A DNA stretch of 64,000 nucleotides from the human T2T-CHM13v2.0 reference genome, Homo sapiens. The stretch lies in the NCBI RefSeq assembly GCF_009914755.1, contig NC_060933.1; one strand, 5' to 3'. Below the pieces are notes generated by a model. The model was not told the origin of the DNA, made no database searches, and saw only the letters and a program-made list of their open reading frames with translations. Positions 57,291-64,000 of the stretch are shown one piece after another. Each line of letters opens with the position of its first letter. The stretch's first letter is position 1. Made by a program: the position numbers and the translations under genes.

Positions 57291-60200
57291 GTTAATTCCA
57301 TTCCATTCCATTCCCTTCCATTCCATTCCATTCTATTCCATTCCATTCCATTCCATTACCCTGCACTCAGTTTGATTCCATTCCATTCCATTCCATTCCG
57401 TTCCATTCCATTCCAATCCATTCTATTCGCATTAATTCCATTCAATTCCATTCCATTACATTCCATTGCAATCGAGTTGATTCCATTCCATTCCATTCCA
57501 TTCCATTCAAGTCCTTTCCATTCCATTCCACTCGTGTTGATTCCATTTTATTAGTTTCCATTCCATTCCATTCCCTTCCATTCCACTCTGGTTGATTCCA
57601 TTCCTTTCCATTCTACTCGAATGCATTCCCTTCTATTCCACTCTGATTGATTCCATTCCATTCCGTTCCATTCCATTCCATTTCGTTCCATTCCATTCTA
57701 TTCCATTCCATTCCATTCCATTCCTTTCCATTCCATTCCGTTCCATTCCATTCCATTCCATTCCATTTCTTTCCATTCCATTCTATTCCATACCATTCCA
57801 TTCCATTCCGTTCCATGCCATTCCACTCGGGTTGATTCCATTGCTTTCCATTCCATTTGGGTTGAATCCATTCCATTCCATTCCATTCCATTCCATTCCA
57901 TTCCATTCCATTCCATTCCATTCCATTGCATTCCATTCCATTGCACTAGGATTGATTCCATTCCACTGCATTCCATTCCATTCCATTCCATTCCATTCCA
58001 TTCCATTACATTACATTCGTATTGATTGTATTCAATTCCCTTACACTCCATTACATTCCATTCCATTCGGGTTGTTTCCATTCCATTCCATTCCATTCCA
58101 CTCCATTCCATTGCAGTCGGGTTGATTCCATTCCATTCCATTCCATTCCCTTCCATTCCATTTCGTTCCATTCCATTCTATTCCGTACCATTCCATTCCA
58201 TTCCATTCCATTCCATTCCATTCCATTCCATTCCACTCCATGCCATTCCATTCCATGCCATTCCACTCGGGTTGATTCCATTCCATTCCATTCCATTCGG
58301 GTTGAAACCATTCCATTCCATTCCATTCCATTTCATTCCATTCCGGATGATTGCATTCCATTGCCTTCCATTCAATTGCATTCCCCTGCACCCGGGTTGA
58401 TTCCATTCAATTCCATTCCATTCCATTCCGTTCCATTCCATTCCATACCATTCCATTCCATTCCATTCCATTCTATTCGGGTTAATTCCATTCCATTCCA
58501 TTCCATTCCATTCAATTTCATTGCAATCGGGTTGATTCCATTCCGTTCCATTCCATTGCATTCCATTCCATTCCATTCCATTCCATTCCATTCCATTCCA
58601 TTCCATTCCATTCCATTCCACTCGGGTTGATTCCATTCCTTTCCATTCCATTCGGGGTGAAGCCTTTCCATTCCATTCCATTCCTTTCGATTCCATTCCA
58701 TTGCACTCGGGTGGATCCCATTCCATTGCATTCCATTCCATTCCATTCCATTCCATTCCATTCCATTCCGTTCCATTCAATTCCATTACATTCGGATTGA
58801 TTCTATTCAATTCCCTTACACTCCATCACATTCCATTCCATTCGGGTTGTTTCCATTCCATTCCATTCCATTCCATTCCATTCCATTCCATTCCATTCCA
58901 TTCCGTATGATTCCATTCCATTGCATTCTATTCCATTCCATTCCCCTGCAGTCAGGTGGATTCCATTCCATTCCATTCCATTCCATTCCATTCCATTCCA
59001 TTCCATTCCATTCCATTGAAATCGACTTGATTCCATTCCATTCCATTCCATTCCATTCCATTCCATTCTATTCGGGTTAATTCCATTCCATTCCATTCCA
59101 TTCCATTCCATTCCATTCCATTCCATTCCATTCTATTAGGGTTAATTCCATTCCATTCCATTCCATTCCATTCCATTGCAATCGAGTTGATTCCATTCCA
59201 TTCCATTCCATTCCATTCCATTCAATTCCATTGAACTCGGGTTGATTCCATTCCATTCCATGCCATTCCATTTCATTCCAATCCATTGCCTTCCATTCCA
59301 TTCCATTCCTCTGCACTCGGGTTGATTCCATTCCATTCCATTCCATTCCATTCCATTCCATTCCATGCCATTCCACTCGGGTTGATTCCATTACTTTCCA
59401 TTACATTCGAATTGAATCCATTCCATTCGATTCCATTCCATTCGATTCCATTCCATTGCTCACGGGTTCATTCCATTCCATTCCATTCCATTCCATTCCG
59501 TTCCATTTCGTTCCATTCCATTCTCTTCCGTACCATTCCATTCCATGCAATTCCACTCGGGTTTATTCCATTCCTTTCCATTCCATTCGGGTTGAATTCA
59601 TTCCATTCCATTCCATTCCATTCCATTCCATTCCATTCCATTGCACTCGGGTTGATTCCTTCCATTCCATTCCATTTCATTCCATTCCCTTCCATTCCAT
59701 TTCATTCCATTCCATTCCATTCTCTTCCATTCCATTCCATTCCATGCCATTCCACTCGGGTTGATTCCATTCCTTTCCATTCCATTCCAGTTGAACCCAT
59801 TCCATTCTTTTCCATTCCATTCCATTCCATTCTATTCCATTTCGTTTCATTCCATTCCATTACATTCGGATTGATTCTTTTTAATTCCCTTACAGTCCAT
59901 TACATTCCATTCCATTCGGGTACTTTCCATTCCATTCCATTCCATTCCACTGCATTCTATTGCACTCGGGTTGATTGATTCCTTTCCATTGCATTCCATT
60001 CCATTCCATTCAATTCCGGATGACTCCATTCCATTGCTTTCCATTCCATTCCATTCCCCTGCACTCGGGTTGATCCCATTCCATTCCATTGCTTTCCATT
60101 CCATTCCATTCCGCTGCACTCGGGTTGATCCCATTCCATTGCATTCCATTCCATTCCATTCCATTCCTTTCCATTCCATTCCATTCCATTCTGTTCAGGT

Positions 60201-63200
60201 TAATTCCATTCCATTCCATTCCCTTCCATTCCATTCCATTCCATTCCATTCCATCCCATTGCAATCGAGTTGATTCCATTGCATTCCATTCCATTCCATT
60301 CCATTCCATTGCATTCCATTCCATTCCATTCCATTCCATTGCATTCCATTCCATTCCATTCCCCTGCACTCAGATTGATTCCATTCCATCCCATTCCTTT
60401 CCATTCCATTCCATTCCATTCTATTCGCGTTAATTCCATTCCATTCCATTCCATTCCATTACATTCCATTGCAATCGAGTTGATTCCATTCCATTCCCTT
60501 CCATTCCATTCCATTTCGATCCATTCCATTCTATTCCGTACCATTCCATTCCATTCCATTCCATTCCATTCCATTCCATTCCATGCCATTCCACTCGGGT
60601 TGATTCTATTGCTTTCCATTCCATTTGGGTTGAATCCAATCCATTCCATTGCATTCCATTCCATTCCATTCCATTCCATTGCACTAGGTTTGATTCCATT
60701 CCACTGCATTCCATTCCATTCCATTCCGTTCCATTCCATTCCATTACATTCGGATTGATTGTATTCAATTCCTTACACTCCATTACATTCCATTCCATTC
60801 GGGTTGTTTCCATTCCGTTCCATTCCATTCCATTCCATTCCATTGCACTCAGGTTGATTGCATTCCATTCCATTCCATTCCATTCCATTCCATTTCGTTC
60901 CATTCCATTCTATTCCGTACCATTCCATTCCATTCCATTCCATTCCATGCCATTCCACTCGGGTTTATTCCATTCCTTTCCATTCCATTCGGGTTGAATC
61001 CATTCCATTCCATTCCGTTCCATTCCATTCCATTCCATTCTGTTCAGGTTAATTCCATTCCATTCCTTTCCCTTCCATTCCATTCCATTCCATTCCATTG
61101 CAATCGAGTTGTTTCCATTGCATTCCATTCCATTACATTCCATTGCATTCCATTCCATTCCATTCCCCTGCACTCAGGTTGATTCCATTCGATTCCATTC
61201 CATTCCATTCCATTCCGTTCCATTACATTCCATTCCATTCTATTCGCTTTAATTGCATTCCATTCCATTCCATTGCATTCCATTGCAATCGAGTTGATTC
61301 CATTCCTTTCCGTTCCATTCCATTCCATTCCATTCCATTTCGTTCCATTCCATTCTATTCCGTACCATTCCATTCCATTCCATTCCATTCCGTTCCATTC
61401 CATTCCATGCCATTCCACTCACGTTGATTCCATTGCTTTCCATTCCATTTGGGTTGAATCCATTCCATTCCATTCCATTCCATTCCATTCCATTGCACTA
61501 GGTTTGATTCCATTCCACTGCATTCCATTCCATTCCATTCCATTCCGTTCCATTCCATTCCATTACATTCGGATTGATTGTATTCAATTCCCTTACACTC
61601 CATTTCATTCCATTCCATTCGGGTTGTTTCCATACCATTCCATTCCATTCTATTCCATTTCGTACCATTCCATTCTATTCGGTACCATTCCATTCCATTC
61701 CATTCCATTCCATTCCATGCCATTCCACTTGGGTTCATTCCCTTCCTTTGCATTCCATTCGGGTTGAATCCATTCCATTCCATTCCATACCATTCCATTC
61801 CATTCCACTGCATTCTATTGCACTCGGGTTGATTGATTCCATTCCATTGCATTCCATTCCATTCCATTCCATTCCGGATGATTCCATTCCATTGCATTCC
61901 ATTGCATTCCATTCCCCTGTACTCGGGTTGATCCCATTCCATTGCATTCCATTCCATTCCATTCCATTCCATTCCATTCCATTCCGTTCCGTTCCATTCC
62001 ATTCCCTTCCATTCTGTTCAGGTTAATTCCATTCCATTCCATTCCCTTCCATTCCATTCCATTCCATTCCATTCCATGCCATTCCACTCGGGTTGATTCA
62101 ATTCCTTTCCATTCCATTCGAGTTGAACCCATTCCATTCCATTCCATTCCATTCCATTCCACTCGGGTTGATTCCATTCCTTTCCATTCCATTCGGGTTG
62201 AAACCATTCCATTCCATTCCATTCCTTTCGATTCCATTCCATTTCACTCGGGTTGATCCCATTCCATTGCATTCCATTCCATTCCATTGCATTCCATTCC
62301 GTTCCATTCCATTCCATTACATTCGTATTGATTCTATTCAATTCCCTTACTCTCCATTACATTCCATTCCATTCGGGTTGTTTCCATTCCATTCCATTCC
62401 ATTCCACTCTATTCCATTGCAATCGGGTTGATTCCATTCCATTCCATTGCATTCCATTCCATTCCATTCCATTCCTTATGATTCCATTCCATTGCATTCC
62501 ATTCCATTCCATTCCCCTGCACTCGGGTGGATTCCATTCTATTCCATTCCATTCCATTCCATTCCATTCCATTCCATTCCATTCTATTCGGGTTAATTTC
62601 ATTCCATTCCATTCCATTCCCTTCCATTGCATTCCATTCCATTCCATTCCATTCCATTGAAATCGAGTTGATTCCATTCCATTCCATTCCATTCCATTCC
62701 ATTCCATTCCATTCCATTCCATTCTATTCGGGTTAATTCCATTCCATTCCATTCCATTCCATTCCCTTCCATTCCATTCTATTCCATTCCATTCCATTCC
62801 ATTCCATTCTAGTAGGGTTAATTCCATTCCAATCCATTCCATTCCATTCCATTCCATTCCATTCCATTCAATTCCATTGAACTCGGGTTGATTCCATTCC
62901 ATTCCATGCCATTCCATTTCATTCCATTGCATTCCATTCCATTCCATTCCATTCCATTCCTTTCCGTTCTATTCAATTACATTCGGATTGATTCTATTCA
63001 ATTCCCTTACACTCCAATACATTCTATTCCATTCGTGTTGTTTCCATTCTATTCCATTCCATTCCACTCCATTCCATTGCACTCTGGTTGATTCCATTCC
63101 ATTCCCTTCCATTCCGTATGACTCCATTCCATTTCATTCCATTGCATTGCTTTCCCCTGCACTCGAGTTGATTACATTCCATTCCATTCCCTTCCTTTCC

Positions 63201-64000
63201 GTTCCATTCCATTCTATTCGGGTTAATTCCATTCCATTCCATTACATTCCATTCCCTTCCATTCCATTCCATTCCATTCCATTCCATTCGATTCTATTCG
63301 GGTTAATTCCATTCCATTCCATTCCATTCCATTCCATTCCATTCCATTCCATTCCATTGCAATCGAGTTGATTCCATTCCATTCCATTCCATTCCATTGC
63401 ATTCCATTCCATTCCATTCCGTTCCATTCCATTCCATTACATTCGGATTGATTCTTTTTAATTCCCTTACACTCCATTCCATTCCATTCCATTCGGGTAC
63501 TTTCCATTCCATTCCATTCCATTCCACTGCATTCTATTGCACTCGGGTTCATTGATTCCATTCCATTGCATTCCATTCCATTCCATTCCCCTGCACTCGG
63601 GTTGATCCCATTGCATTGCATTCCATTCCATTCCATTCCATTCCGTTCCATTCCATTCCATTTCATTCTGTTCAGGTTAATTCCATTCCATTCCATTCTC
63701 TTCCATTCCGTTCCATTCCATTCCATTCCATTCTGTTCAGGTTAATTCCATTCCATTCCATTACCTTCCATTCCATTCCATTCCATTCCATCCCATTGCA
63801 ATCTAGTTGATTCCATTGCATTCCATTCCATTCCATTCCATTCCATTGCATTCCATTCCATTCCATTGCTTTCCATTCCATTCCATTCACCTGCACTCAG
63901 ATTGATTCCATTCCATCCCATTCCATTGCATTCCGTTCCATTACATTCCATTCCATTCTATTCGCGTTAATTCCATTCCATTCCATTCCATTACATTCCA
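57291..64000 (+). repeat. HSat3 sub-domain, dialect B, block 2 (runs off window end)
   Basis: Begins as a close copy of 38216-~40100 (TTCGGGGTGAAGCC 39531/58651; CTCCATCACA 39711/58821). Later carries GCACTAGGTTTG, CTGTTCAGGTTAATT and TTGATTGATTCC. Confidence 0.8.

Larger units (their letters stand above)
1..64000 (+). repeat. Satellite III (HSat3-type) tandem array, (CATTC)n on + strand / (GGAAT)n on - strand, with interspersed diverged decamers; typical of primate pericentromeric heterochromatin
   Basis: Seen: CATTC pentamers dominate every line, interrupted by ACTCGGGTTG, ATCGAGTTG, TTCGGGTTA, TTCGGATTG and related motifs. Established: ATTCC runs interspersed with A(C/T)TCGGGTTG (CAACCCGAGT on the other strand) define human satellite 3, as opposed to the more diverged CATTCGATTC-rich satellite 2. 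Chromosome and subfamily cannot be fixed without alignment. Confidence 0.98.

Noticed and set aside
37-63951. Hundreds of ORFs on both strands (FHSIP-repeat and MEWNG-repeat peptides), including 385 aa at 29376-30533, 357 aa at 34899-35972 and 340 aa at 3433-4455
   Set aside because: A 5-bp repeat with no stop codon gives the same pentapeptide in all three frames of each strand. Overlapping ORFs in six frames, low complexity and no domain-like sequence mean no coding evidence. Similar database 'proteins' would be translated satellite.
1-64000. CRISPR-like array (recurring conserved motifs separated by variable DNA)
   Set aside because: The intervening DNA is itself CATTC repeat rather than unique spacers, spacing is irregular, and there are no cas genes or leader.
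1-64000. Inversion/strand switch or Alu, L1 or alpha-satellite insertion
   Set aside because: CATTC stays on the + strand throughout. No GGAAT runs, poly-A tails, target-site duplications or non-satellite sequence were seen.
59850-64000. Assignment to Y-chromosome DYZ1 because of a ~3.55-kb spacing
   Set aside because: Only one interval has that length, and the rest of the window lacks a uniform 3.56-kb period.
1-64000. Satellite II (HSat2) assignment
   Set aside because: Long pure CATTC runs and the CTCGGGTTG decamer dominate. CATTCGATTC and ATGATG-type HSat2 units are minor.
1-64000. Annotating a discrete SatIII lncRNA gene on the - strand
   Set aside because: G-rich SatIII transcripts are known, but no start, end or promoter can be defined from this sequence alone.
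1-64000. Telomeric or G-quadruplex repeat
   Set aside because: No TTAGGG arrays; isolated TTAGGGTTA matches are decamer variants. GG dinucleotide repeats do not meet the canonical G4 pattern.

Overview
The whole 64-kb window is one uninterrupted, single-orientation array of classical satellite III (human HSat3-like DNA). It consists of (CATTC)n on the + strand / (GGAAT)n on the - strand, punctuated every ~40-100 bp by derivatives of the decamer A(C/T)TCGGGTTG. I see no protein-coding gene, RNA gene, transposon insertion, CRISPR array or inversion. All ORFs in the track are artefacts of a stop-free 5-bp repeat (FHSIP/MEWNG). The array has internal structure: two sequence dialects alternate, A (1-~17.2 kb), B (~17.2-46.2 kb), A (~46.2-57.3 kb), B (57.3-64 kb). 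Nested in these are a young ~3.1-kb higher-order repeat (3+ copies), a 1.57-kb tandem duplication, dispersed 2-5-kb paralogous segments and several 40-330-bp tandem duplications. The most notable observation is that dialect A carries 19 perfect three-unit heat-shock elements (TTCnnGAAnnTTC, mostly TTCCGGAAGATTC), while I found none in ~36 kb of dialect B, where the homologous site reads GAT or TAT. All counts and coordinates were read by eye and need computational confirmation. I found no evidence for a new gene-based system.
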